From an uncultured bacterium (GTDB taxonomy: Bacteria > Babelota > Babeliae > Babelales > Vermiphilaceae): DNA of 64,000 nucleotides. The stretch lies in contig OY969699.1 in the NCBI GenBank assembly GCA_963702025.1, positions 1,280,001 through 1,344,000 of the forward strand, in the 5' to 3' direction. Below the pieces are notes generated by a model that was not told the origin of the DNA, did not search any database, and saw only the letters and a list, made by a program, of their open reading frames with translations. The translations under genes were made by a program, and so were the position numbers. Below, piece after piece: positions 19,843 through 30,445 of the stretch (its first letter is position 1; every line of letters starts with the position of its first letter).

Positions 19843-22551
19843 ATGATTCCGATAAAACTGCAAATTAAAAACTTTTTAAGCTACGGACCGGAAATACAAA
19901 CAATCGAGTTTGGCAACTATCCGCTCATTTGTCTTTCGGGTAAAAACGGCCATGGCAAGTCAGCACTTCTTGATGCGATTACCTGGGCACTCTGGGGAGA
20001 GGCGCGTAAATTGGGGGGCAATGCTAAAGCAGATCAGGGCCTCTTGCGTTTAGGCCAAACACAGATGATGATTTGCCTTGATTTTGAATGCGGTCAAAAT
20101 AGGTATCGCGTTCGGCGCGAATTCATGCAAACCTATGGCAAGCCTGTTTCCATACTTGAATTTGGCATGCTGCAAGATGCTGAGCATTTTATACCCCTTA
20201 CCGAAAAAACAATTCGGGATACCCAAGCCAAAATTGAGCAAACCTTGCACCTCTCATTCGATGCATTCATTAACTCGGCATTTCTCCGGCAAGGGCAGGC
20301 AAATGAATTTTCAAAAAAATCCCCCAAGGAACGTAAAGAAATTCTTGGCTCCATTCTCGGTCTTGATCAATATGAAACCATCAGAAAGCTTGCATCTGAA
20401 AAAATACGCCACACAAATACTTATAAAATTCACCTTTCAACGCTCACCACTAAACTTGAACAGGAATTGGCACAATCAACGCATATCGTTGAAAGATTAG
20501 CAGCTCTGGAACAAAAAAAACGGGAAATAAGCACTCAAGAAGAACAAAATGAACAAACAAAAAAAACTTTAGAACAAGATAGCCTCCAGTTACAATCAGC
20601 ACGGCAACACCATGCAATGCTCGAATATCAGCACCAACAATTGCTCAATGAACAAGATTCATTACGAACTAAATTAAAAAAAATAGTAGCCGTATGGCGC
20701 GCCATACATCAACAACAACTAGCAGGCGCCGATTATGCACTGTTTGAACAGCAAAAAAAACAGATAATCGAACAAATTAGTGGTCATCAAAAAAAATTGC
20801 AAGAACAACTCACGCTCAAACAAGAATTGTTGCTTTTGCAGGAACAAAAATCTCATTATGCGCAGGCTTTTCAAGAAAAAAAATCGCATGAACTTACTAA
20901 AAAGAAAATTGCTCTTGAACGTCTTTTTGCAGAAAAAAATCATCTGGATACAACGCTCAAAGATGCAGAAAATCTTTTGGCCCGTAAAGAGCGTGAGGTA
21001 AAAAATTATACCCATGAATTGCAGCTTTTAGAAAGACAACTAACCCATGATACTCAATCCCATAAAAATATAGAAAAGCAATTTGAAAAGCGCAAAGAGC
21101 ATTACCAGCAGTGGGTCGCCCAGGCAAATATGATCAGTAAAGAGTTGGGTATGATTGAGCAAAAAAATAGACTTGTTCATGATGAAGAATCACCCAGCTG
21201 CCCGCTTTGTGAACAGAACCTTTCAGCATCGCGAAAACGATTTTTGAAACAAAAGTTTGAGGATGAAAAAGATTTACTCAAACATCGATTCAACAAATTA
21301 AGTGTGGTTATAACAAAACTAAAAACCATTCTAGTGAATCAACATGAAGAGCTGACAGCAATCAAAAAAAAGGAACATGAATTTCAAAGTATCACCATAA
21401 AAAAAGATTCACTTTGCAAAACGCTGGATAAATATCAGCTCGAGAAAAATGAGATTCAAGCCACCCAAACAAAATACAAAGAACTTTTAGTCATTTTGCT
21501 TGAAACTATAAAAACAGAACAAAATGCCCTTGAACAACAGGTCATCGCAAGCAGGGTTGAACTTGAATCCGATGCTGATTACCTAAAAATAGTTGCAGCG
21601 ATCCAAAAAATCGAAAAAAATCTGTCGGGCAATGGGTATGAAAAAGCGAGTCATGAGCAAGCGCAAAAGGTTCTCACGGCATTAGAAAAAGAGCTTGCAC
21701 TGTATAAAGAATTACAAGAACAATCCCTCTTTCAACAGCAACGCATGCAAGAAGTTGCCGCACTCATCACCTCACTCAAAGCATTGCGCCAACAGTTGCA
21801 GCAAGTCATCGCTCAGTTACCCGATAGTAAAAAACTTAATGAACAAGAACATCTACTTAAGCAACGCAAACAAGAGCTTGCTACACTTGCCGCGCACATT
21901 ATGCGTGAAAAAGAACACCTTTTGCAAGAACAAGGGAGCCTGGAAAATCAACATAAAAAACTAGAACAAACAAAACAGGAGCATGCCGGCCTGCAAAAAG
22001 AATTAATAATCTGCAGCCAAACGATTGATGATTATCAAGCAATCGCCAACGCCACCGGCAAGGATGGCATACAAGCACTCCTCATCGAGGATGCGATTCC
22101 AGAAATCGAACAAGAAACTAATGATCTACTTTCTAAGCTTACCGATAACCAGACGCATCTTTTTATCGAATCATTGCGCGACTTAAAAAAAGGTGGCACC
22201 AAAGAAACGCTTGATATTAAAATCTCCGATTCTGCCGGCATCCGACCCTATGAATTATTTTCCGGCGGCGAAGCGTTTCGAATTGATTTTGCGTTACGCA
22301 TTGCGATTTCAAAATTGCTAGCGCGCCGTGCAGGCACCTCATTAAAAACATTAATAATCGATGAAGGTTTCGGGTCGCAAGATGAGGAAGGGCTTTCTCA
22401 TATTATGGATGCCCTCTATAAAATTCAGGATGATTTTACTAAAATTATTATTGTTTCACATTTAAGTAGCATGAAAAATCAATTTCCCGTACACTTTGTT
22501 ATCGAAAAAGGACCAAATGGCAGCATCATAGAAATAATCGAACAGGGATAA
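19843..22551 (+). CDS. sbcC: SbcC/Rad50 SMC-family ATPase
   Basis: Walker A GKNGHGKS, Q-loop, CPLC zinc hook, FSGGE signature, IIDEGFGSQD. Confidence 0.93.
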   Translation: MIPIKLQIKNFLSYGPEIQTIEFGNYPLICLSGKNGHGKSALLDAITWALWGEARKLGGNAKADQGLLRLGQTQMMICLDFECGQNRYRVRREFMQTYGKPVSILEFGMLQDAEHFIPLTEKTIRDTQAKIEQTLHLSFDAFINSAFLRQGQANEFSKKSPKERKEILGSILGLDQYETIRKLASEKIRHTNTYKIHLSTLTTKLEQELAQSTHIVERLAALEQKKREISTQEEQNEQTKKTLEQDSLQLQSARQHHAMLEYQHQQLLNEQDSLRTKLKKIVAVWRAIHQQQLAGADYALFEQQKKQIIEQISGHQKKLQEQLTLKQELLLLQEQKSHYAQAFQEKKSHELTKKKIALERLFAEKNHLDTTLKDAENLLARKEREVKNYTHELQLLERQLTHDTQSHKNIEKQFEKRKEHYQQWVAQANMISKELGMIEQKNRLVHDEESPSCPLCEQNLSASRKRFLKQKFEDEKDLLKHRFNKLSVVITKLKTILVNQHEELTAIKKKEHEFQSITIKKDSLCKTLDKYQLEKNEIQATQTKYKELLVILLETIKTEQNALEQQVIASRVELESDADYLKIVAAIQKIEKNLSGNGYEKASHEQAQKVLTALEKELALYKELQEQSLFQQQRMQEVAALITSLKALRQQLQQVIAQLPDSKKLNEQEHLLKQRKQELATLAAHIMREKEHLLQEQGSLENQHKKLEQTKQEHAGLQKELIICSQTIDDYQAIANATGKDGIQALLIEDAIPEIEQETNDLLSKLTDNQTHLFIESLRDLKKGGTKETLDIKISDSAGIRPYELFSGGEAFRIDFALRIAISKLLARRAGTSLKTLIIDEGFGSQDEEGLSHIMDALYKIQDDFTKIIIVSHLSSMKNQFPVHFVIEKGPNGSIIEIIEQG

Positions 22552-22651
22552 TACAAAGGTGGTATTAAGATAAAATTACTCAAATATCAATTTCACGACT
22601 TTATTACCATTAAAGAAACTTAGTAATAGAAAATATGAAAGGAAAATTTTT

Positions 22652-23389
22652 ATGAAGATACTATTTATTATCAGCTTATTTGCATCAATTAGCTATACTG
22701 GAACGAGAACAATGACGCTTTCAGTTCCTTTTGATGGTAATTTACAAGAAGCAGAAAAGTATGTTCAATCAACGGAAAAGGTGGACCCTAATCTTATGAT
22801 TCAAACAATCTCTGCAGGAGCTTTTGATATAGCAAAACTATTACTTACCGGCAAAGATGATAATAAAAAATCTGCCGAAATTATACCAACACCAGCCGCA
22901 ATACAATTTAATGAAAAAATTAAAAACGGGACTATTATTTGGAAATATGAAACAAATCAATATGTTGTACCAACAGATGTTTTTCAAGATTTGCCTTTAA
23001 AAAATCCGCGTGTTGCACAAAAATACCTTGGCTCGCCTCTGTATCTACCCCTCCATGACGTAGCAGCAATGAATGAAAGTCAAGCAAAAAACGTCTCAAA
23101 ATTTATCAAATGGTTGGTGAGCCATGCAAACGTCAATCCGAATATTGTTGAGCCATACCGTAACAGAACCGCGTTGCACTGCGCATTGTTATCTGGATCA
23201 CCAACTATAATCGAAAGCCTTTTAGAATATAATTTGCTTCCCTCACTGAACATTGAAGACTGCGACGGCCAAACACCTTTAAAAATTGCACAAGAAAATA
23301 AAAGAATTGAAGAACTACTCAATCCTTATTTGGGAAAATATGGACTCTCTCTGGTGACACGCAAAAATTGCAAAAGGACAGAGCATTAA
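22652..23389 (+). CDS. Secreted ankyrin-repeat protein
   Basis: Signal peptide; RTALHCALLSGSPTIIESLL and DGQTPLKIA ankyrin motifs. Confidence 0.75.
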   Translation: MKILFIISLFASISYTGTRTMTLSVPFDGNLQEAEKYVQSTEKVDPNLMIQTISAGAFDIAKLLLTGKDDNKKSAEIIPTPAAIQFNEKIKNGTIIWKYETNQYVVPTDVFQDLPLKNPRVAQKYLGSPLYLPLHDVAAMNESQAKNVSKFIKWLVSHANVNPNIVEPYRNRTALHCALLSGSPTIIESLLEYNLLPSLNIEDCDGQTPLKIAQENKRIEELLNPYLGKYGLSLVTRKNCKRTEH

Positions 23390-23434
23390 AAAGGTCCTAC
23401 TGACAGCATAGGTAGAAATCATCGAACATGGATA
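23388..23434 (+). pseudogene. Relic duplicate of the last ~15 codons of sbcC
   Basis: 38/47 nt identical to 22505-22550, with several synonymous differences. Confidence 0.75.
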
Positions 23435-23438
23435 TGCA

Positions 23439-23900
23439 ATGAAAAAACTAATTCTTATTACATGTACCTTCATTTACGCCATCCACGGGAATACACCGAA
23501 CATTCAAGAAAAAAAAGAATCAGTCTTTAAAAAATATTGCAAAAACACTGCAATTATTACCGGAACATATCTGATAACAAAATCTGTTGAGGAGCTATCC
23601 CATTACTTAGCAGCAAAAGCTATCGGGTCCAAAAAATCCACAGTTAAAATAAACTGTGAATTATCAACCATCATCAAGCAGGGTCCTTTTACTTATAGTG
23701 AGTTCCCTTTCCGCGCGCTCGTGTTTCAAGCGGCGGGACCTGTTACTGCCTATATTCTATTTAAAGCATCTGAAAAAATACCTAATTCGAATGAAAAAAA
23801 ATATATAATATTGGGTACATTTGCTAATTTATGCCATAGTGTTATTGGTGATGGATGGGCAATGATTCAAAATATAAAAGAAAATTGTATAAAAAAATAA
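23439..23900 (+). CDS. Small secreted/membrane M50-peptidase-like protein with degenerate zinc site
   Basis: EELSH in place of HExxH, AAGP, N...GDG; paralog of the IS-disrupted neighbour. Confidence 0.6.
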   Translation: MKKLILITCTFIYAIHGNTPNIQEKKESVFKKYCKNTAIITGTYLITKSVEELSHYLAAKAIGSKKSTVKINCELSTIIKQGPFTYSEFPFRALVFQAAGPVTAYILFKASEKIPNSNEKKYIILGTFANLCHSVIGDGWAMIQNIKENCIKK

Positions 23901-23942
23901 TATGAAATTATGAAAAAAATCATATCTATTTTATTTGTCTTA

Positions 23943-24899
23943 TAGCGAGCTTCACTAGGCCTCACACATTTCTCCCAATGTTTTGACTGCGGCCTCATAA
24001 AAATCTTTTATTCCCTCTGCGGCCTTTCGAATCGCATTTTTGACAGTAGCCCATCGATGTTCTATTGGGTTAAAATCTGGAGAATATGGTGGTAAAAAAA
24101 TGATTCTACAACCAACTGCTTCAATGAGTTCAACTACTTTTTTAGATTTGTGGAAGCTGGCATTATCGATTACAACAACCATTCCAGGCTTTAATGCAGG
24201 AGCTAAAACTTGTTCCACGTAAGTTTCATAAGTATCAGCAGTTGAATATCCTTCAAATAAAAATGGCGCAAATAATAAATTTAAATTCAGCGCAGCGGTG
24301 ATATTATAGCGCGTTATTCTCTCAGCTTTTTTTATTGCGTGGCATCGCTCGCCCTCTGGCGCCCAGCCAGCATTTGGCACTTCATTATCGTCGATTCCCG
24401 TTTCATCAGAATAGACAATGAGCGCAGGATCGATATTTTCTATTTCTTCTAAAAATTGTTTGCGTTTATCTGCATTCGCTTCGATGTAACCAAAAGTTTT
24501 TTTTTGATGTGTAACCAATTTTTTTAAGTGCTCGTTGTATCGTGATATCCGATATGCAAACATTTGTAATTTTTTCCCACTCAATCGCCATTTTTAATGA
24601 AGTAAAATGTTGGTTTTCTTTTGCAAATTCTTTAAATTTTTCCCAATCAGTAATTTTATGACTGTGTCCATTCTGATAGCCGGATTTTGGCGCAAGGCTA
24701 TTCACTTCTTGGCGCAACTTAAGCCAGTTATAAATTGCGTTTCGCCCAACTTTGAATAATTTAGCCACATCAGTTATACGCATTCCATCATCTACTGCAG
24801 CTATTACTCGTTTTCTTAAATCTATGCCAAGTGCCATACTTTCTCCTTAAGTTTGAAGAAATCTTAGCATATCTGTTTGTTATTTAAAGAAGTTTGCTA
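23943..24899 (-). mobile_element. IS630-family insertion sequence
   Basis: Imperfect TIRs TAGCGAGCTTC / TAGCAAACTTC (9/11); TA duplication at 23941-42 and 24900-01; DDE transposase inside. Confidence 0.95.
23955..24837 (-). CDS. IS630 transposase in two frames (HTH orfA 24466-24837; DDE orfB ending 23955), overlapping at an A9 run
   Basis: DLRKRVI HTH; YSDETG, IDNASFH, LPPYSPDFNPIE; T9 at 24497-24505. Confidence 0.92.
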
Positions 24900-25444
24900 T
24901 ATTACTTAACTGCGGCACTACAAAACCCCAGGGTTTTACTACCAATGCTGGCCAAACCTATATCAATACTGCAACATTTCTTACCACACGCATTCTTGCG
25001 TGCTTAGCACACGAGGCTGCCCATTATGCCGCAGCAAAAGCACTAAATGCCAATAATGTAACTATACAATTACAACCATCTATTATTGGCTCAACCCGAT
25101 TCAAAATCGATGATGCAGCGGGTATCCGGATTGCATTAATTCATGCAGCCGGTCCGCTGGCAGAATTGCTTTTTAGCTATGGCATGTTAAAATTCGCCCA
25201 GAAATTACCTCAATCATTGAATGGGGTTTTAGGAATTAAATGGGGCGCAATAAGTGGCATTATCACAAGTATTGCCAACGTAATACCCTGTCGAATGAAA
25301 GGTTCTGAATGTGGGACTGATGGCTATGAGATCCAAGAAGCGTTACTGCATAAGACTGTTATTGCCCAACCTTTGTCTGAACAAGTTGACGTGAAATAAT
25401 CCATCATAAAAAAAGAGATATGCCAAAAACTGGCTTCAATTCAA

Positions 25445-25678
25445 TTATTCAATAGCGATAACTTCCTTAATTGTCGGAAGTTCAATCTGAAGTGCTTCTT
25501 CTATTCCCAATTTGAGTGTCATCGTAGAAATGGGGCATGATACACATGCCCCATGAAATTTAACGTAGACAATATCATCTTCATATTTAACAAATTCAAT
25601 ATCGCCACCGTGACCTTGAATCATCGGCCGAAGCTGGTCAAGTACCGCTTCGATCTGAGTACGAATGTCTAAAGTCAT
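25445..25678 (-). CDS. NifU/NfuA-like Fe-S cluster carrier domain protein
   Basis: LRPMIQGHGGDIE, GACVSCP, TLKLGIE. Confidence 0.92.
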   Translation of the reverse strand: MTLDIRTQIEAVLDQLRPMIQGHGGDIEFVKYEDDIVYVKFHGACVSCPISTMTLKLGIEEALQIELPTIKEVIAIE

Positions 25679-26034
25679 TATACCCATTCAAGACGTGCGA
25701 TATCAGCAGTATCACTCGCGCGTTTTCCCATAGGAATAACACGGGTGTAGCCACCGGGACGAGACACATACTTTGGCGCAATTTCGGTAAACAATTTTAC
25801 CAATGCTTCATCTTTATACGGCAAAATCGCTTTTGCGCGGCGGCGTGCATTAAAGTTATTACCTTCACGCGCCAACGTTACCAGTTTTTCAGCAAATTTT
25901 TGCACTTCTTTAACCGTGGCCTTAGTTGAAGTCAGATGGCCATAGGTAATCAAATGAATCACTTGATTACGCATCAATGACTTTTTGTGTGCCGGCTTGA
26001 GGTTTAATTTTCTTTTTCCGTTTTGATGTCTCAT
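25678..26034 (-). CDS. rplQ: 50S ribosomal protein L17
   Basis: MRH, RPGGYTR. Confidence 0.97.
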   Translation of the reverse strand: MRHQNGKRKLNLKPAHKKSLMRNQVIHLITYGHLTSTKATVKEVQKFAEKLVTLAREGNNFNARRRAKAILPYKDEALVKLFTEIAPKYVSRPGGYTRVIPMGKRASDTADIARLEWV

Positions 26035-26070
26035 GACTGCAAAACCTTCACAATAGTAAAAACTTTTAAG

Positions 26071-27126
26071 TTATTCTTCTGGCTGTTGTTCTTTAAGCGC
26101 TTTTTTAAGCTGGGATTCCTTAATATTCATCCCAAATGAAAGACCAAAGGCTTTCATGCTTTCCTTAACTTCACCCAATGATTTACGTCCAAAATTTTTA
26201 ATTTTAAGCGCTTCATCTTCATTCAGATTCACCAAATCAAGGATACGCTTAATTCCCGCATTTATCAGACAATTGTGTGCTCTTACCGAAAGTTCAAGCT
26301 CTTCAATCGGCTTTAATAAAAGATCGGGAGAAACTCCTTTAACACCACCTAGTTGATCTGATTCAACCGGTTCGCCCGCAACTTTTTCTTCAGGAGCTGA
26401 CGATATTTGGTTAAATGGAATTTCGGCACTTGCTAAGAAATGTTCTAATTGTGTTCTGAGTACCGATACTGAATAATGAAGCACATCGAGAGGATTTTCT
26501 GAACCATCCGTGTGAATACGCAAGGTTAGTTTATCAAAATCGATATCCTTACCAACACGTGTCTTTTCAACATCAAACATAACTTTGCGGATCGGAGAGA
26601 ACATAGCATCAATATAGATGCGACCGTCTTCTTGCAACGCTTTATCTACAGGCCATTGCGCCGGTTTATAGCCACGACCAGCTTCAACGAAGAATTGAAT
26701 ATCAAGTTCACCGTTCTCAGAAACATGAGCAAGTACATGATCTTTATTTATCAATTCCAAATGATCATCCGCTTCGATGTCAGCAACCGTAGCCACTGCT
26801 TGACCCTTCACATTCAAGCGCATCGTACCCGGCTTACCTTCTTTATTGCGTACAACAATTCCTTTAATATTAAGAATCAGTTGCATTGCATCTTCTTCAA
26901 CGCCGTTTAACGCAGAGAACTCATTATTTACTCCCTTGATAATCACCGCCGTTACGGCTGATCCTTCAACCCCTGCATATAGAATGCGGCGTATTGCATT
27001 ACCTAAGGTAATACCAAAACCAGGTTCCAATGGTTGGGCAATTAATTCTCCATAGGTTTGCGTTAATTCTTTTTTATTCCAATTTAACTTTGGAATAGTC
27101 AACGGTCTATATTCTTTTTTTTCCAT
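26071..27126 (-). CDS. rpoA: RNA polymerase alpha subunit
   Basis: PLEPGFGITLGNAIRR, LELSVRAHNCL, NFGRKSL. Confidence 0.98.
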   Translation of the reverse strand: MEKKEYRPLTIPKLNWNKKELTQTYGELIAQPLEPGFGITLGNAIRRILYAGVEGSAVTAVIIKGVNNEFSALNGVEEDAMQLILNIKGIVVRNKEGKPGTMRLNVKGQAVATVADIEADDHLELINKDHVLAHVSENGELDIQFFVEAGRGYKPAQWPVDKALQEDGRIYIDAMFSPIRKVMFDVEKTRVGKDIDFDKLTLRIHTDGSENPLDVLHYSVSVLRTQLEHFLASAEIPFNQISSAPEEKVAGEPVESDQLGGVKGVSPDLLLKPIEELELSVRAHNCLINAGIKRILDLVNLNEDEALKIKNFGRKSLGEVKESMKAFGLSFGMNIKESQLKKALKEQQPEE

Positions 27127-27178
27127 CTAACCTCCGCAGGTCCTGTATTGAGTCAATACCGTATCACACATAAACATA

Positions 27179-27748
27179 TTACTTAGAATATAATTCAACA
27201 ATTAAATGCTCTTCGATTGGCGCTTGTATATCAGATCGAACTGGGTTACGTAAAACTTTTCCCTTGCGATCTTTTTTATCTAATTCAAGCCACTCCGGCA
27301 CTTTAATACCAATATTAAGACGCTTATCAACTACTTGTTCCAGAAATACTGTTTTTTCAAGAACCTTTGGATCAAGTGAAACTTCATTATTCACGGCAAC
27401 CAAAAACGATGGTGAATAAACTTTCTTACCATTAACCATAACATGGCCGTGGGTAATCATTTGACGCGCTTGAGTACGAGTTGTTGCTAGCTTTAAGCGG
27501 TAAAGCGTATTATCAAGTCTGCGCTCCAGTAGACTGAGCAAATTTTCGCCCGGAACCCCTTCACGACTTTTGATTGCAATGCCAAAGAAACGTTTAAATT
27601 GTTTTTCACGCAATCCATACATTTCTTTTACTTTTTGCTTTTCACTTAATTGTTTACCATATTCGGATTGTTTACGCGCCGGACGTTTACTAGTTGTAGA
27701 ACCCGTTTCTCTTTGATCTGCAGACATTCTGCTTGATTTTCTTTCCAT
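27179..27748 (-). CDS. rpsD: 30S ribosomal protein S4 (shortened N-terminus)
   Basis: [37 protein letters not shown]. Confidence 0.96.
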   Translation of the reverse strand: MERKSSRMSADQRETGSTTSKRPARKQSEYGKQLSEKQKVKEMYGLREKQFKRFFGIAIKSREGVPGENLLSLLERRLDNTLYRLKLATTRTQARQMITHGHVMVNGKKVYSPSFLVAVNNEVSLDPKVLEKTVFLEQVVDKRLNIGIKVPEWLELDKKDRKGKVLRNPVRSDIQAPIEEHLIVELYSK

Positions 27749-27772
27749 AATTACCTTAATGCAATAAAAGTT

Positions 27773-28156
27773 CTAAACACGACGTTTCTTTGGTGCACGA
27801 CAACCGTTGTGTGGCAATGGAGTAACATCACGCAATACGGAAATATTTAATCCGGAAGCTTGCAATGATCGGACCACCGAATCTCTACCGGAGCCTGGGC
27901 CTTGCATATTAACTTCTACATTGCGAATTCCCATAGCTGACATTTCTTTACCAAGAATAGTGCCAACTTGACCCGCAGCAAACGGAGTTCCCTTACGTGC
28001 CCCTTTGAATCCGAGTCTTCCGGAGCTATTTCTCAATAATACATCACCGTCGGTAGTAGTTATTGAAACCAAGGTGTTATTAAACGTCGATTTAATATGC
28101 GCAATGGCTGAATCAACGTGTCTTTTAGCTTTTTTTGTTTTCTTTTTGTATGCCAT
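27773..28156 (-). CDS. rpsK: 30S ribosomal protein S11
   Basis: TFNNT, TPFAA, DVTPLPHNGCR. Confidence 0.98.
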   Translation of the reverse strand: MAYKKKTKKAKRHVDSAIAHIKSTFNNTLVSITTTDGDVLLRNSSGRLGFKGARKGTPFAAGQVGTILGKEMSAMGIRNVEVNMQGPGSGRDSVVRSLQASGLNISVLRDVTPLPHNGCRAPKKRRV

Positions 28157-28184
28157 TCGAAAAAATACCTTCTTAAACCGTTAC

Positions 28185-28574
28185 TTATTTCTTAGTTACT
28201 TTTTTCTTCAACGCGATAGCTGATCCGGCCTTACGAGGTCCTTTTCTTGTTCGCGCATTGGTTTTGGTTCTTTGACCGCGCACTGGTAGACCTTTTTTAT
28301 GACGCAGACCTCTATAGCTGCCAATTTCTTGGAGACGCTTAATATTAAGCGTTATCTCTTTGCGAAGCTCACCTTCGGTGACATAATTACCAGAAACCTC
28401 TTTTGAAATTTGAGCAACTTCTGCGTCAGTAAGATCTTTTACACGTTTATTAAAGTCAATTTTTAGTTTATTGAGTATATCTTGCGAACTTTTTAACCCA
28501 ATCCCAAAAAGATAGGTTAATGCATACTCTATTCGTTTATTATTGGGTAAGTTAACACCTTCAATTCTTGCCAT
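28185..28574 (-). CDS. rpsM: 30S ribosomal protein S13
   Basis: [25 protein letters not shown]. Confidence 0.98.
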   Translation of the reverse strand: MARIEGVNLPNNKRIEYALTYLFGIGLKSSQDILNKLKIDFNKRVKDLTDAEVAQISKEVSGNYVTEGELRKEITLNIKRLQEIGSYRGLRHKKGLPVRGQRTKTNARTRKGPRKAGSAIALKKKVTKK

Positions 28575-28595
28575 ATCTATCCTTAACTTTCAGAT

Positions 28596-28712
28596 CTAAC
28601 CTTGACGTTGTTTATGACGCGCATTACGCTTACAAATCACGCGCACAACGCCTTTGCGCTTGATAACACGACAGTTATTGCAAATCTTTTTTACGGAAGT
28701 TCTCACCTTCAT
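28596..28712 (-). CDS. rpmJ: 50S ribosomal protein L36 (zinc type)
   Basis: Below ORF-track cutoff; translates [38 protein letters not shown]. Confidence 0.97.
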   Translation of the reverse strand: MKVRTSVKKICNNCRVIKRKGVVRVICKRNARHKQRQG

Positions 28713-28739
28713 CCGAATTCCTTTAAGCTACCCGCTGTA

Positions 28740-28982
28740 TTAGTTTTTATATCGTAAAACAATTCTTCCCCGTTTTAAATCGTACGGCGAAAGCTCCAGC
28801 GCCACACGATCTCCCGGCAAAATTTTAATATAGTGCATGCGCATTTTACCTGAGACATGTCCCAACACCTCATGGCCGCCCTCTATTTCTACGCGGAACA
28901 TAGCATTAGGCAATGTTTCTTTCACAATGCCATCCACCTTTATTACTTCTTCTTTTTGTTTATGGTCACGTCTTTGTGTCAT
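28740..28982 (-). CDS. infA: Translation initiation factor IF-1
   Basis: [22 protein letters not shown]. Confidence 0.98.
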   Translation of the reverse strand: MTQRRDHKQKEEVIKVDGIVKETLPNAMFRVEIEGGHEVLGHVSGKMRMHYIKILPGDRVALELSPYDLKRGRIVLRYKN

Positions 28983-28988
28983 AATTTT

Positions 28989-29750
28989 TTAACCTTTTCC
29001 ATTACTTCTCGTTAAAACTATTGGGTCCCCTTGCGTAATCGCTATGGTATCTTCAACATGTGCGGCTAAGCTCTTATCTTTTGTTTTTACCGTCCAGCCA
29101 TCATCAGCAACATACACGTCATATCCACCCTCAGTAATCATTGGCTCTATGGCAAATGTCATACCTGCTTGCAATAACGGGCCTTTTCCCGGTTGCCCAT
29201 AGTTAAGAATTTCCGGATCCTCATGCATGCGCTTGCCAATACCATGACCCGCAAAATCACGTACTACGCCAAATCCATGCTTTTCAACTTCTTCTTGAAT
29301 AGCAGCAGAAATATCCGTCAACCTATTTCCCGAACGCGCTTTTTCAATACCTTTTTGCAATGCACGCTGAGCTACTTCCACCAGTTTTTTTGCTTTCGCA
29401 GATGGATTACCGATAAAATAGACCCGTGCCATATCAGCACAATATCCTTCATGCGATGCACAGATGTCTACTTTTACCAAATCCCCATCCTTTACTATCT
29501 TAGTTGTGCTGGGAACACCATGAACCACTTCATCGTTAACTGAAACACAACAAACATGCTTATAGCCCCTATAGCCGAGTGTTTTAGATACCAGCTTTCT
29601 TTCTTTCAATAACTGCGCAATGCGATCATCGATCTCTTGCGTTGAAATACCAGCTTTAATAAAAGAAGCCAGTTTTTCAAATACTTCTTGCAATAAAAAA
29701 CCGGCTTTCTCCATCTTGGCTATGGAAGCTTTATTTTTGATTGTTATCAT
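28989..29750 (-). CDS. map: Methionine aminopeptidase
   Basis: SVNDEVVHG, GHGIG, HEDP, IEPM, AHVEDT. Confidence 0.97.
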   Translation of the reverse strand: MITIKNKASIAKMEKAGFLLQEVFEKLASFIKAGISTQEIDDRIAQLLKERKLVSKTLGYRGYKHVCCVSVNDEVVHGVPSTTKIVKDGDLVKVDICASHEGYCADMARVYFIGNPSAKAKKLVEVAQRALQKGIEKARSGNRLTDISAAIQEEVEKHGFGVVRDFAGHGIGKRMHEDPEILNYGQPGKGPLLQAGMTFAIEPMITEGGYDVYVADDGWTVKTKDKSLAAHVEDTIAITQGDPIVLTRSNGKG

Positions 29751-30445
29751 ACCAGTACCGTATGCGTTTCATTTAGCAGCTTTTTAAATTCATCAAAAAT
29801 TTCATCCAACTGCTTTTCAACCTCAAGTTCTTTAATGAAATAGTTGGTCGTCTTGTAAAAATTTAAAAGATCATTTTCATGCTTGTGATAGGTAGTCAAT
29901 CGCTCGCGTATTTGCGTTACCGCATCATCATTTCTTCTACCAAGCTCATTAAGGCATGTATCACATTTCATTTGCTGAGATGGATTTCGTGCCCCCGGAA
30001 GTAATGAATAAACTTCCTGACAATCTTTATTCTTACAAACAAGTCGTCCACAAATTCGGTTGACTACCGATTCATCAGAAATAAAAAAGCGTACGATTTT
30101 AACTGAAACATCTGGCAACTGATTTTGCAAAAAATTATGCAATTCTCTCGCCTGTCCTAAGGTTCGCGGATACCCATCTAAGATAATAGTGTCTACTGTC
30201 TTAATAGTTGCGCTAAACCACTCGTAAACTATCTGATTTATAAGCTCATCAGGAACAAGTTTACCAGATTTCAAAGCAAAATCTATCTGTTTCCCCAACT
30301 CTGTCTGCTCAGCTATGTGCTTACGACATAAATTGCCAGTTGACAATTGGACCCATCCCCAGTTTTTTACGCACATATAGGATAAAGTGCCCTTTCCAGA
30401 CCCTGGTGGCCCAACGAAAATATACACACTTTTTTGAGAGTTCAA
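29747..30445 (-). CDS. adk: Adenylate kinase
   Basis: GPPGSGKGT, STG, LDGYPRT, Cys-containing lid. Confidence 0.95.
   Translation of the reverse strand: MNSQKSVYIFVGPPGSGKGTLSYMCVKNWGWVQLSTGNLCRKHIAEQTELGKQIDFALKSGKLVPDELINQIVYEWFSATIKTVDTIILDGYPRTLGQARELHNFLQNQLPDVSVKIVRFFISDESVVNRICGRLVCKNKDCQEVYSLLPGARNPSQQMKCDTCLNELGRRNDDAVTQIRERLTTYHKHENDLLNFYKTTNYFIKELEVEKQLDEIFDEFKKLLNETHTVLV

Larger units (their letters stand above)
23910..25399 (+). pseudogene. M50 (site-2 protease-like) peptidase gene split by IS630
   Basis: Codons 23910-23942 join in frame to 24902-25399: MKKIISILFVL|LLNCG...HEAAH...AAGP...NVIP...TDG. Confidence 0.85.

Noticed and set aside
25166..25399. Independent 77-aa gene
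   Set aside because: It is the 3' part of the IS-disrupted peptidase
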